Shown piece by piece: positions 25,760 through 37,553 of a stretch of 64,000 nucleotides of DNA. The notes under the pieces were generated by a model. The model saw nothing but the letters and a program-made list of their open reading frames with translations. It ran no database searches and was not told where the DNA came from. Source of the DNA: Amphiscolops sp. MND2022 (Eukaryota); contig OZ076409.1 of the NCBI GenBank assembly GCA_964187785.1, positions 57,228,001 to 57,292,000 on the forward strand, written 5' to 3'. Every line of letters begins with the position of its first letter. The first letter of the stretch is position 1. The position numbers and the translations under genes were made by a program.

Positions 25760-25854
25760 ATAAATATAATTTAAATATATAATAATACAGCTTTGCTGAT
25801 ATGATAAATAAATTTATTTTTATAAATAATAATTATAAAATAATATATTTATTT

Positions 25855-28800
25855 TTATAAAACATGTGCTCGATCACTTATCAACTTCACAAGTTGTTGA
25901 TGGGTGAGTGCTTGTTTCCAATACCAAACACTCCAATATATTTCTTCATCTGTTTTCTTGCTACCGTCAACATTTATAGTTAAATCTTTATAATACAAAC
26001 CAATTAATTTCAAACAATAGATACAAGGGCAATCACCTTTCTGGGTGTGTTTATCCCATGGTAAACTTTGTATTGGATTTATATACAAACGTTTATCGTC
26101 AAAAGGATTCAAACACAACTTAGGTTGTTGTTCAACTGTAAGGTTGTGTAAATTAGATCTAATTGATATATTTGTAGAACTTGATGTTTCTCAATTAAAC
26201 AATGAATTTTGATATTCTTCACATTTGGGAGCTTTTTGTATTCCTTTTTGTTTCGCTTTTTGAGTGATACCATTCGGATTATTATAACTAAAAGAATATG
26301 ACTTTGATCGCAATGCTGTGAAGGTATCTAACACCAAAACTGGACTTGTTTCAATTTTCATTTTTCCTATAACTTTTTTGTTAATAGGATCATATAATTC
26401 ATCACTTGGGTGTAATTCACTGAAATCAAATTCATCTTTGTTTTCTTTATAAACAATATAAAATAAAAGTTTATTAGTTCTTGGTGGTTTGTATCAAAAC
26501 TCAGAATAAAACTATCAGTATCCATGTAGTGTAGTTGTATGGATTGTTTCCAATATGGTTGTAATTTGTTATAATAAAATTCATACATTAATAATTTTGA
26601 TAGTTCTAAAACAGAGAATCCCAAATAAATTGGTTTATCAAAGACTGTTTTTTCTTTATCAAACTTGTACACACTAAACTTAGAATAATGATCCATGATT
26701 CCTTTGAAACTTAACTTGGATTGTCTTTTTATTATTTGATCTATTTGAGAATGATCAATGAATTCTAGATTGGTTCTATCTCTTACATTTTCCATTGTCT
26801 TACCAAAGAAAGCATTATTCATTAATTTATAAAGATCCTTTTCAAAGTTTGTTTTCGCTACTGTGCGTTTCTGAGTATTATGATCGATATATTTACCTAA
26901 CCATGGACTTTGTTTAAACCGGTAGATTGTATGTATCTTCGTTACTTTCATCCCTTGGTTAAGATAAAAAACTTAAACATCCTATAATGTATCATATATT
27001 TCGATTTATTGGTTACATCACACATAAGTTTTGATGTTGGTTTGTAATTAGGTTGATTCACATTATTCATATAAGCTGAGAATAAGTCTGGATCTGCTTT
27101 TGTTTGATACGGACAAAAAGGAAAGTTTTTTGTTTTTTCTTTAATTTCAACAGGATATTCTAAATCACATTCTATAAAGTAGCCAAATTCATTATTGTCT
27201 GGGCAATGAGTCAAATCTTCTACTATTTGTTCTAGTTCATACTCTTCTGGAAAATTTAATTTTTCAAATTCACCAATAGGAAGATATTGACTCATAGCCC
27301 ATCCATATAGATTATTTGCATCAATGTATAAGATTTGTTTATTTTCATCAGATTGCACATGCCTATTACCCATAACACTTGAAATTCCTCCACGTATATT
27401 GTTTTCTAAAAGTAATAATAATTCTTTACCGGAGGGCAGCTTCGCTGTATCTTTTATATAGTCTAACTTTATATTAGTCAGCTTTAATCCGGCTTTCCAT
27501 GTATAACCAGGTAGAGAGTAACTATACAAAGGATTAATTTTATATTCTCGTGTAGAACTTTCCACTAAGTTTTCAAATACATCAGCTAATTGAAGAACAT
27601 CCATTTTTAAATATAACATAGTTAATTCTTGTCCGTGCTTTATATTATTTTTATCAATCAATTCTTGGGTTCTTTGTATATCATCATCTGATGGATATGA
27701 CTGTGTCAATGTTGACCAATAATCTTCTTTAGTTAAATTTAATGGTTCCTGAAAGTTATCAAGATTTAAGTATTCATATGGATAAGCTAATTTCTTTTTA
27801 AATAAATCATCACTCATTCCTTCCAATTTCATGATAGGAAAATTGTCTAAACTCTTAACTAATTTATCTAAACTGGAAGAAAGAAATCGGTATGAATCTA
27901 AGAATCTCAAACAACCTACTTGTACACTAACATAATTTTCCAGTGATTTTGGAATTATCGTTGGATTATAATTTTGATTGTATTCTTCGGTTAAAAGTTC
28001 TTCAAATATAAGATGACAATCATACCCAGAAAAGTTATGGAAAAATATAGGAACAAAACTTGATGACTTTTGTTTACAATTTATGTTACATGTATTATGA
28101 GCTGCTCCTCGGCAACGGCCTGTAAGATGATCATGATCTCATACTGGTTGTTCATATTCAGTAAAAGGTTGTTCACAAAGCCAACACTCCTCTGCAAGTT
28201 TGAATGATTCTTCTTCTTGAGGAGTTATTTGTAATTCTAAGTTTGTTTTAAAATATTTATTTGCTTCTAGTTCTAATTTTAACATTTCCTTTACAAACCA
28301 CTTGGTACAATCTGTTCCAAAATATGAATAATACTTGCTTTCAAATGGTGAAATTACATAAAATCCTACTGCAATTGGAATTTGTTTAAATAATACATTA
28401 GGGATGTTTTGAGGTTGATTAATACATTCAAAATCTGCATATACTCTTATTGGTACAGGAACTTTCATGTGGTAGTGTTCGAACTTTAACTGATCCTTCC
28501 AACTGAAAGTGATTTTAGTTGGTTGCTGTTTTTGACAACGATCTATATGATCAATTAGAACTGGTTGTGAACTAAATGCTGTTAAACATCTTCTACAAAC
28601 ATGTTTCATGTGTGAATCTTTATTTATTAAACAATGCAACTTTGTTATTAAACAATAGTGGTTTTGATATAATAATAAATCTATTTGTGGTTGTAAGTAA
28701 TTTTTGTTAACGTGGATTGGTGTTAGCACATTTCCTGTGAGTTCGAATACATTTATACACAGTCCAATATTTAAATTTTCAAACTTGTGAATATCTTTGA

Positions 28801-29652
28801 CTTTCATAGGGAATTCTAAACCTTCTAGGTTGAATTTATCAAAATGTTTTGAATAACTCGATGTTATATTTTTATTATTCTCAACTGGAAATAAATATGC
28901 TAATATACACCATAGAAAACACAATTGATCATTATTTTTTATATTTATTATTGATTGGCTGTTTTTATATTTTGGTGGTAACTCAATATATGAAGATGCT
29001 TGAATATCATTAACTTTATATATTTCTAAAATATCTTCTTCTATCTCTTGAAACACAAACCCTGATCCTTCTAATTGTTCATCATCTAATTTTTGCATTA
29101 ATGTGTTATGAGTATCTTGTTGTGTACCGAAGGTGCTTTGCATGTGATTATATATTAAATCTGATTTTATCCATCTTTTTAATACTTCTTCTTCTCCATT
29201 GACTATTTTTGAAAAATTAGCTAGATAACTCAATTGATATTTAAATCGAGGAAAGTACCTTTTACATATTAATTCTTTTATACGATTTTCAAGATTTTCA
29301 GTTGGATTTATTTTCAGTTTGATGTATGTGTTTTCATTCATAATTATATTTACTCCATTACCGAAATTTTGTATGTTTTCCCGTTGACGGTTTTGTAAAT
29401 GAATTTCACTTTGGAAATGTCTTGTTATATCAGATATATATTTACTACAATCTTCACACCAAACACGTCGTTGTTCGGTTTTATTTTTTTTTCATTTGAA
29501 TTTAAATGAGAACTTTTATCTGAGATAGGCATATATAAATTACATTTTTTACAATAATATTGATTTAATTTTTCAAGATGTTTTACTGATTTTAGATGAT
29601 CAGACTTGAAAGCTTTTTTATAATTTAAATTACAAATACTACAATTCTCCAT
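25855..29652 (-). pseudogene. Protein-primed family B DNA polymerase with N-terminal C2H2 zinc fingers and an endonuclease VII-like insert; several frameshifts and stops
   Basis: ExoI YADFE; EndoVII-like DHDHLTGRCRGAAHNTCN (about 28080-28140); ExoII FHNFSGYD; FLDSYRF; Pol motifs YIDANNLYGWAM, KLMNNAFFGK, YMDTDS; C-terminal DDKR. Fragments 29425-29652, 28139-29341, 26948-27910, 26367-26951, 25855-26118. Confidence 0.95.
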
Positions 29653-30274
29653 TTCTATTTATTGAAGAAAAAATAGTTTAATTAAAAATTTTTCAATAAA
29701 ATTTTTTCAAAAAATTGGTGAAAAATTCTTTCATTTTACATTGGAAGTTGCTTCATTTTTAAATCTATATTTATCAACAAATTCTTTGAATGATAAATAA
29801 TTCATTTAATAGTTGTTTTTTTCCGAACACTTGTGTCACCACTTGAATGCTACTTTCATTTCAAAAATTTTTGCTTCACAAATTTTCTCTATTACCATCC
29901 ACAGCAACGCTGGCTCCGCATATAGAGGTTAGTGAATTTTTGCTTCATGACAAATATTTTCCATGAAAATTTTTGTACAATGATTTTTATTTTGTTAAAT
30001 TTTTAGTTGCAAAAAAGGCTAATTTTTAGATGGTTTGATTGGTAATTTGTGAAAAAAGATTAATTTTTTAATGATTTTACGAGCTTAATTTTTTTTTGAT
30101 GATTTGATTGGTATTTTGTGAAAAAGATTAATTTTTTTATGATTTTACGAACTTAAATTTTTCTTGTATATTAGGAACGGTTAATTTTTTAATTGTGAAA
30201 AAAGGCTAGTTTTTGATGATTTGCCTTGAAAAAATGCTAAATTTTGATGATTTTACGAACTTAAATTTTTTTAT

Positions 30275-30375
30275 TTTTTAATAGTGAAAAAACACCAATT
30301 TTATCGATTTTTTTTTTGAAAAAATGCTTAAATTTAGGGTTTTTATATATTAGGAACGGGAATTCGACTACTACT
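30275..30375 (-). repeat. Polinton right terminal inverted repeat
   Basis: Reverse complement of the left TIR; preceded by degenerate tandem subterminal repeats (GATTTTACGAACTTAAATTTT units, about 30020-30270). Confidence 0.92.
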
Positions 30376-32356
30376 AATGTTTGATTTGTTTTTTTAAGCT
30401 AGTGAAATTCGATCAACATTACAGCACCAAAAATGCTTTCGCCTTACTGAAAATGTAAAAACCCAAGATCGGAAGAGGTTTCCGGAAATTTTTTTGAATG
30501 TGTTCTCGTCAAAAGTTGCAGAGTACCAAAAACTCAGAGGTGGGCTCCTTGAGAACCCAAAAAACTGATGTTTTCTCTCATTCATCAATAAAATTTCAGA
30601 CCTTGAAATTTTGTTAATTCTAAAGCAATGAAGCTTGTTTCGGCAAACATGTCGAATTATTACTGGAAGCATGTCAGTTACAGATACTTTACTTTCGAAA
30701 GTTTCAAGTTGATTTTTGCTGACGTATTCCCTTGAAGCGACGTCTATCTCGGGAATCTTTTGGAGCCTGCATAAAGGGCCTTGCAATGGTTATTATTGTC
30801 AACTTTGATTTTAACGAATTTCTGCAGATTCAAGAAGGTATTGATGAAAAAATTGATTCGAGTCATTTGGGAGGAGACTAGAATAGGAATTAATGAACCG
30901 ATGAATTGGATTACAAATTGACACATCACAGGAGCATCTAATTAGTCAAGGTGGGAGGTCAAGCTCGAACTTCTTACACATTGAGTTCTATATTCTGCTT
31001 TTTGAGAACTTTGACCGGTTGCTCGACTAGATTACTGTGACTCCCATTATGATAATACGCTGACTTCAATAACCACCGGAGAAGCAAATTTTTGGGAATT
31101 CTAGGATGTTACATTGGGTTCAGTGACAGTTCCTTAAATATGTCATGGCTCATTGATTATGACCACTTCGGATTTTTGAGACTTTCAATTTTAGTGTGTC
31201 AAAAAGGCTTTGTTGAATACTTCGATGTTTTGCCACAATATCCTCGACAGTACACCGAGAAGTCGAAAAATTGACAAAGTTTTGACAATTTTTTTTCAAA
31301 GCTTCATTTCTCCACAAATAATTGCCGCAGCTCCAATCGGTTTTCTGTTCCTGAAAGCCTTTTACCTAAGCTTTCAAATGAACACTAGTTAGGTCGCGAG
31401 TTGGCGCCTTTGGTTGAGGTGAGAGCGCCACCCCGGCGGCTCGGGCCCGGCTGTGCCGGGCCTTTCAAACATCGGTTGAACTGATAACTGAAGCTTCATT
31501 GAAAAAACTTCTATATGAGTTTTCAATGGTGGCAAACTGTGTTACTAGAGTGGGACAGTAACTTAGCAAACAGTTGCTCAGTTATTGAGAAAAAACGAAT
31601 TTTCTGAAATGTACTTTTTTGCAATTTTTCACTTTTTTTCAGTTACTTTTTTGCCAGTGGCTCGGAAAAAAATCTAATTGACACAAATAACAATTCACAC
31701 CAGATAGTCCAAAAGATTGTCAATAAGAAAGACAATTTTTCGTTTTCCTCTATTCTTTTTGCGTGTCGTAATTTATTATTGATTGCGAAAAAAATAGTTG
31801 TCCTCATTTGAGGACGAAATCACTGTCGAGGATATAGAAGTCGCACAAACCCTTGGTGCTTTCTTCTGTACCATGTCATTTTTGATTTTTAGTCAGACTA
31901 AAAGTTAGTCTATAGTGGTAGGTTTTTTTAAGACAAGCAACCAAACATTTCTATAAATTCTGTAAGTTATAACTTACTTGCTCCCGCCTTTTGGTCTAGG
32001 GTTTAACGAGGATGCAGATTTCCAGGCCTGGTGGCGGGTCTGAGAAGCAGGAATATGTGGGTTAGAGTCCCACACAAAACCATAAATTTTTTATGCTTGC
32101 AAATGTCATGGTGTTTTTTCCGGCACTATTGACTTCTTCTGATTTTTCTGTTGAATCCCTTTTAATTTTCAGCAGGAACAGCGTTTTACGAGGGCACTTA
32201 GGGTTTTTGGCTCTATGCGACTTACCGAAGAATTTTACGAAAAATTGGTTTTTTGAGGTTTTCTCGTTGAAGAAAACCATTTTCCGAGTCTTGAAGGTGA
32301 TGTTTGATTTTTTTTTGGTACTATGGGACTTTGTCAATCGTTTTCTCAATAATGAG

Positions 32357-32653
32357 CTTTTTTGCACATGACAAAGTCAATGTGCATTGCAGTCCAGCTA
32401 AGTAAGTTTTTTTCCCACTATAGTCAACTTCATAATGAGCACCTTTTAGAAAAAAGCCAAAACCCCAGAAAGATTCGAACCTGCAGCCTCCTGATTGCAC
32501 TGCATAAGTGTTGACCACTGTGCCATAGGGACGTTACTGAACAAAGTTGAACTGTTGAATATATACGCATGCGATTAAAATAATATATATACGCATATTA
32601 AAATAATCGATGTCTTCGTCATGTGTTGCGAAGCACCGCTTCGCCTCTGTGTT
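32357..32653. mobile_element. Interspersed repeat with a tRNA-like segment and terminal hairpin, copy 1
   Basis: Highly similar to 57953-58248. Minus strand has A-box TGGCACAGTGG and B-box GGTTCGAATC; plus-strand end has hairpin GCGAAGC-ACC-GCTTCGC followed by CTCTGTGTT. Confidence 0.75.
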
Positions 32654-33551
32654 AAGAGTTGATTTTAAGAGTTTTCTCAGTAATTGTGGAAAAGATCTAC
32701 GGTTGTTTTCGGCACTATGCGATTTTTCGTAAAAAATTCATTTAGTCAATTTGGAGAGGTTTTCGTCTTCGAAAAGCGTTTTGCGAACTTGAAGGGCCCT
32801 TTCGGCACAGCCTTTTCCCGAAGGTAAAAAATTGTTTTTTTTTCAAAAATTGTGTTTTCTGATGTTTGGAGTAAGGGTGATAGCAGTTTTGAATTACCCA
32901 TTGAGACATTGTCTGCTTTGTTCGGCTATGCTACGTTTTTTTTTCAAAATAGCCTATTAGACTAATTTAGAATACTAGTTCATGTCTAGCACTGGAGCTT
33001 CTTCCTTACACGATTCGTGACAAATTTGTTGGACAAACTCCTGAATGCCGACCAAAAATGTCTGGGTTATATTATCTACATTGTGGCTGTACGACTGAAA
33101 CATGTATTACAATGTAGATTGTGAAACCAAAGCACTCACATTGAGTGCTCTAATAATTGGGTCAAATTTTTAATAAACAGACTATGATTCAGTGTCTATT
33201 TCGGGAAAAAATGAACGGAAACACTGGAGGAACGCAATTATCTTGTTAAGCGTTTGAACTCGAAGGTAAATGAGGTTTCCGTCAAATTCCTAATTATTTG
33301 GCTTTCTTCAGCTCTATTAAAATGTTTTTATTTCTGGTTAGTTGGTGCAGTGTTCATTGTGCCAATATACCGTAAATCATGAAAATTTCTTGCATAGCTT
33401 TTTTAAGCCTAATTGGCGTCAAATCAGAGCAATTTTGCATATTTTTACTCTCAACCTGCTTTTTAATAGCAACTTCAGATATCAATAAACGATGTCAATC
33501 ACGCTTTGTGAAGCTGTTGGAAAAATAATTGGGTTAAAACCAATCTCCAAC

Positions 33552-35264
33552 CAGTGTTGGATAAAAAACACCATATCTAGAAAAAAAACGTTTAAAACAG
33601 TTTAAAACAGTTCAAAACATGTTTTTTTTTTTCAGAAATTTTCAATTTCTCAGGGTTCGCATACAAAATGCCAATTATACAACTTTTTCATTGTTCAGTT
33701 CATTTCTGTAGTCGTTTTGTATAAAACCCATGGTGCTGAAAGCTCTTTCGACTCCTGCAGAGCTTGGAACGAGTGACATAAACTCCACCGATAAGTTGCA
33801 TATTGACTCCTCGATATTGCCAAACATCATTTGACTCTTCATGAACCCAATTGGTTTCGATCGACCGCAAGTTTCGTACTTTTTCAATTTTATCTCTACC
33901 ATCGCCTATGAAATCAAAGAAGTCAGACAGCATTTGGATATTCAGCTTTTATCCATTCTCCTGCATGCTTCAGCTCGGATTTTGTCAGAGTTCTGTCTAA
34001 ATACTCAGGATGGAGAATATTTGCAGCAAAAAAAAGATGCAGGTACAGCAGCAGCATATCTTGTTTCGCATTTTTCTAGCCACTCACGACCATCGGATCC
34101 CATTTCTCGAAACTTGTTAAGCGAATCTTTCCATGTTTCAACTGCACTAGCTGTTGTTGCTTTGTGAGCGTCATTCCACTGCGAACCACTGAAATCAGAA
34201 TTGTGGTTTTCGAAAATGCTGCGCAGTTTAGCCCAATTGTTTTTGTACCATTTGAAAGTTTTTAAACAACTGTTCCATCGGACATCACTGGGGAGGGGTG
34301 GTTTATTGCAACCAGTATCTTGTAGCCAAAAGGATGGCAAATGACAATTTCGAAAAAGCTTAGCAACTCCAATGATTTTATTAACCCAATTTTTCGGATA
34401 TAAATTGCCAGCAAATTGAGTTGATGTGCATTGCATGCATACTCAATAAAATTCTCATATTTTGATCCTACAATTCTTCGCATCTTGGAAACATTACCGG
34501 CATTGTCAGTTACAAGACCCGAAATTTTACATTTGAATTTATCTTCAATTTCGGGAACTTTTTTTGCTACAAGTACTGCCATGTAGTCTGCGGTATGTCT
34601 ATTGTCTTCGGAATGTACAATGTAGATTTTGGGTCCCTTTTGAACTGTGAAGGCAATGATTGCATCATTATTGACATTAGACCATCCATCTACTCCGAAC
34701 GTGACATCTTTATCAGCCAAATTGTCCTTTGCGTCCACAATAAGCTCCGAGTGTACTTGATCCAAAAGTTGGCCTGCAATTTCTTTTCGAGTCGGAGGAC
34801 GATATCCAGGATGGAGCATCTCAATCATTTCTTTGAAAGCCGGAGAGTCAGCTGCATTAAATGGAATGTTACAAGCATAAAAGAATTTGGCCACCTTCAT
34901 ATCAAACTTACTTTTCTCCTTCGCAGTTGTTTCAGAAACATGTGGGTCCATCTTCAATTGTTTGGTTGATACATTTTGATCTTCATTTCCGTCATGGATC
35001 AGTCGATGTTTTTTCATCCTTTCCACTAATGGAACAATATCAAACGCACAATCCTTGCATTTGGCTCGGCCATTCGCTAAGGTTTCGAAATAGTTCCATA
35101 CCTGATCACGTTTACGACCTGAATTTTGTCGCTGAGGCATGACTACCTGAAAGAAAAAAAAACATTTGAAACATTTGTTAAAATCAATCTAGTTTAAAAC
35201 AGTGATTTAAAACAGTTTAAAACAGTGATTTAAAACATGGGTGTTTTTTTTTCAGCCAACACTG
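33552..35264 (-). mobile_element. hAT DNA transposon with both ends and a defective transposase
   Basis: TIRs CAGTGTTGG..AAAAAACACC / GGTGTTTTTTTTTCAGCCAACACTG; perfect 8-bp TSD TCTCCAAC (33544-33551, 35265-35272); subterminal TTTAAAACAG repeats. Confidence 0.95.
33650..35140 (-). pseudogene. hAT transposase (BED zinc finger, DUF659-like core, dimerisation domain), frameshifted
   Basis: VWNYF...AKCKDC...MKKH, DGWSN, VTDNA, CNAHQLNL, DVRWNS, PSSAGVERAFS spread over three frames. Confidence 0.9.
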
Positions 35265-36937
35265 TCTCCAACTGTCGACGATCTATTCATTTGTTTCCTG
35301 CAATGACCTAGCACTGATTAGTTTTTTTCCAGACCACGGAATGTATCAAAAATTCCACTCCTTAACCGGCTTCGTTCACGCTTGGGTTTCTTGATGTTTT
35401 GAGTTGAATGGAAAATGTTTTTCGAGCCTGAAGGTTTTTCTGATACTTCAGTCAAATCTGCTGGAAAGTTTTCCATACTGCATTATTGCATGCAGGCTAA
35501 TTGAAAAAAAACGCAAAATTCAGGGACCTTTACTGGAAAAATTTTCAAGCAGTTTCTCTAAAGCTCAAAGCATATCCATGCACTTTGAAAAACTTCCCAG
35601 CAGTTCAATAGATTTTTAATTTTGAAAATGAAGCAAGAAAAGAGCCCCGTGAAATCCTAAACCTCTAGAAAAACATGGAATTGTTGTTCAAACGCTTTTA
35701 TCTTAAAATCTATTGTACTCCATCAAAAATTAATTTAATCAATACAAAACCAGACAAATAGAGACGAAAAAAGAAAAATCAGAAGACTCCATTTTTTGTC
35801 GTTCTTTTTTCGCTATAGTTCTCTAGGCCGAAGCTGCTTTCTCGTTTGTAGCTTCACATCTGATAGACAAGTTTCCGCCTCTCAGTCGTCTGAAATTTTA
35901 GCCAGAACTACTGCCATGTCTGAAGCACTCCAACTGCAAGGTTAACGTGACCAGAGTCTGAAACATAGCATTCTTAAACATTCGATTCTTTGATACAAAG
36001 CAGGGCAAAAAATAATGTTCCCAAACATTTCAATGGCATTGGTTCACGATAGGATGAGAACCTTGTCCCCGACTTTTCTCTGCCTATTAATGCAAAGAAG
36101 AAATCAAAAACCAGGTTTTGATTACATGAGAAACATGTTCGAATATTCCAGAAAACAAAGCTTTTTGAGAAATGCGCCCAATAACATGTAAAGACTCGAA
36201 ACAAATGTGAGATTTCAACCGAAAAGTTCTCGGCCGGAGATCTGAAAGACCAGTTGGCACCTCAACTGTCAGAATAGAGTTAATTTTTCCGTATTCCTAG
36301 GAGCGCGAATAACGTCTAAGTCATTACATCTATGGAATAACGTCTAAATTCCATGGTATAAAGATACGGAATGAGCATTACATGCATTTAGACATGACTA
36401 AACCCACTGCATCCTGTGGAATAAGCACTATAATCACTATCTTGTGGAATAAGGACTGAAGTCCCTCTATCTCAGACGTTATTCCCATGACTTAAGTCTT
36501 TCTTATTCCACAGGAGTGGAAAGAGCAGACTATATTCGTAGAAAGAGCAGAATATAGTAGTGAATTTTTAAAGACCGACGAACTGACAGATTTATAAAAT
36601 TTTATAAGCTCATAGTAACTTGTGTCTTCTAACTGCCTCTTGGCATAGATGTCAACTCGGATTTTCTGAGGTCAGAGAAGCAGGAGTACGTGGGTTCGAG
36701 TCTCGCACTAAACCAAATTTTTTTACTTGCAACAGTAGAGGGGAAACCGAAGGGTCCCCCCTTCAGTTTTTTCTGCACTATGCGACTTTTTCCCCAAATG
36801 TTTTAAATCGAAGTATTTAGAAGCCCCCTTTAAATCGAAGCCCCATTGATTTTTAGCGGAAACAAAGCGTTTTGCGAGCATAGTGGTCCACCGTATGTTT
36901 TTTCTTGAATTTTGATGTTTGCAGTTGGGATTCTGAT

Positions 36938-37447
36938 TTTTAGTCGGCGCCTTTTCCCTTAAGGAAAAAAGCCCGACTCTTACAGTGAGTAGTTTTTTTT
37001 GTTTTTTTCAGTTGACAATCTCACTCTGAGTGGTCCACTTTTCTTACAATTTTTGTTCATCTTTCATATTTGTTCATCTTCCATCTTCGACCCAGCCGGA
37101 GAGCGTGGGTTCGAATCCCGCACTAAACCATAAATTTTTTAATGCTTCCAAAAGTACAGGTGAGACCAAAGGGTCCCCCCTTTGGGTTTTTTTCGGCACT
37201 ATGCGACTTTTTTTCGAAAACTTTCGAAATTTATCAAAGGGTACCCCCTTGAATTTTTTTGAAGTTTTCGGTTTGTAGAAAACGTTGAATGAGCCTGAAT
37301 GGCCTCTTTTTGAGTTTTTCGGCATTGTGCGACCTAAAAAATACTTTTTTTTGAAAAAATTTTTTTTTCCAAATTTTTCCAATAGTTGTTCCTTGAATAT
37401 TTTTGAGCCTAAGATATGGCGCCGACTTGGGACGTTCCCGTCTTGTT
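36938..37447 (+). mobile_element. HINE-family copy with a tRNA B-box-like segment
   Basis: TTTTAGTCGGCGC ... GGGTTCGAATCCC ... GGCGCCGACTTGGGACGTTCCCGTCTTGTT. Confidence 0.7.
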
Positions 37448-37553
37448 GATATTTGCAGTTGGGAAGAAGCGTTTTTAATCTCCTGGTGTCTATGTGGATA
37501 CTTTCCAGCACTGGAAGTTTGATAACATTCTCACCAGAATCTCTGCATCTTTA

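Larger units (their letters stand above)
16633..30375. mobile_element. Endogenous Polinton/Maverick (adintovirus-like) provirus, complete, 13,743 bp
   Basis: TIR AGTAGTAGTCGAATTCCCGTTCCTAATATATAAAAACCCTAAATTTAAGC... at both ends; perfect 6-bp TSD AATGTT (16627-16632, 30376-30381). Encodes pPolB, integrase, adenain, MCP, minor capsid and ATPases. Intronless and clearly more AT-rich than the flanks. Confidence 0.97.

Noticed and set aside
16633..30375. Possibility that the viral segment is contamination or misassembly
   Set aside because: A perfect 6-bp TSD on both sides and continuous host flanks indicate integrase-mediated insertion.
36290..36520. Short direct and inverted GGAATAA-containing repeats
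   Set aside because: Probably a MITE remnant; termini and TSD could not be defined.
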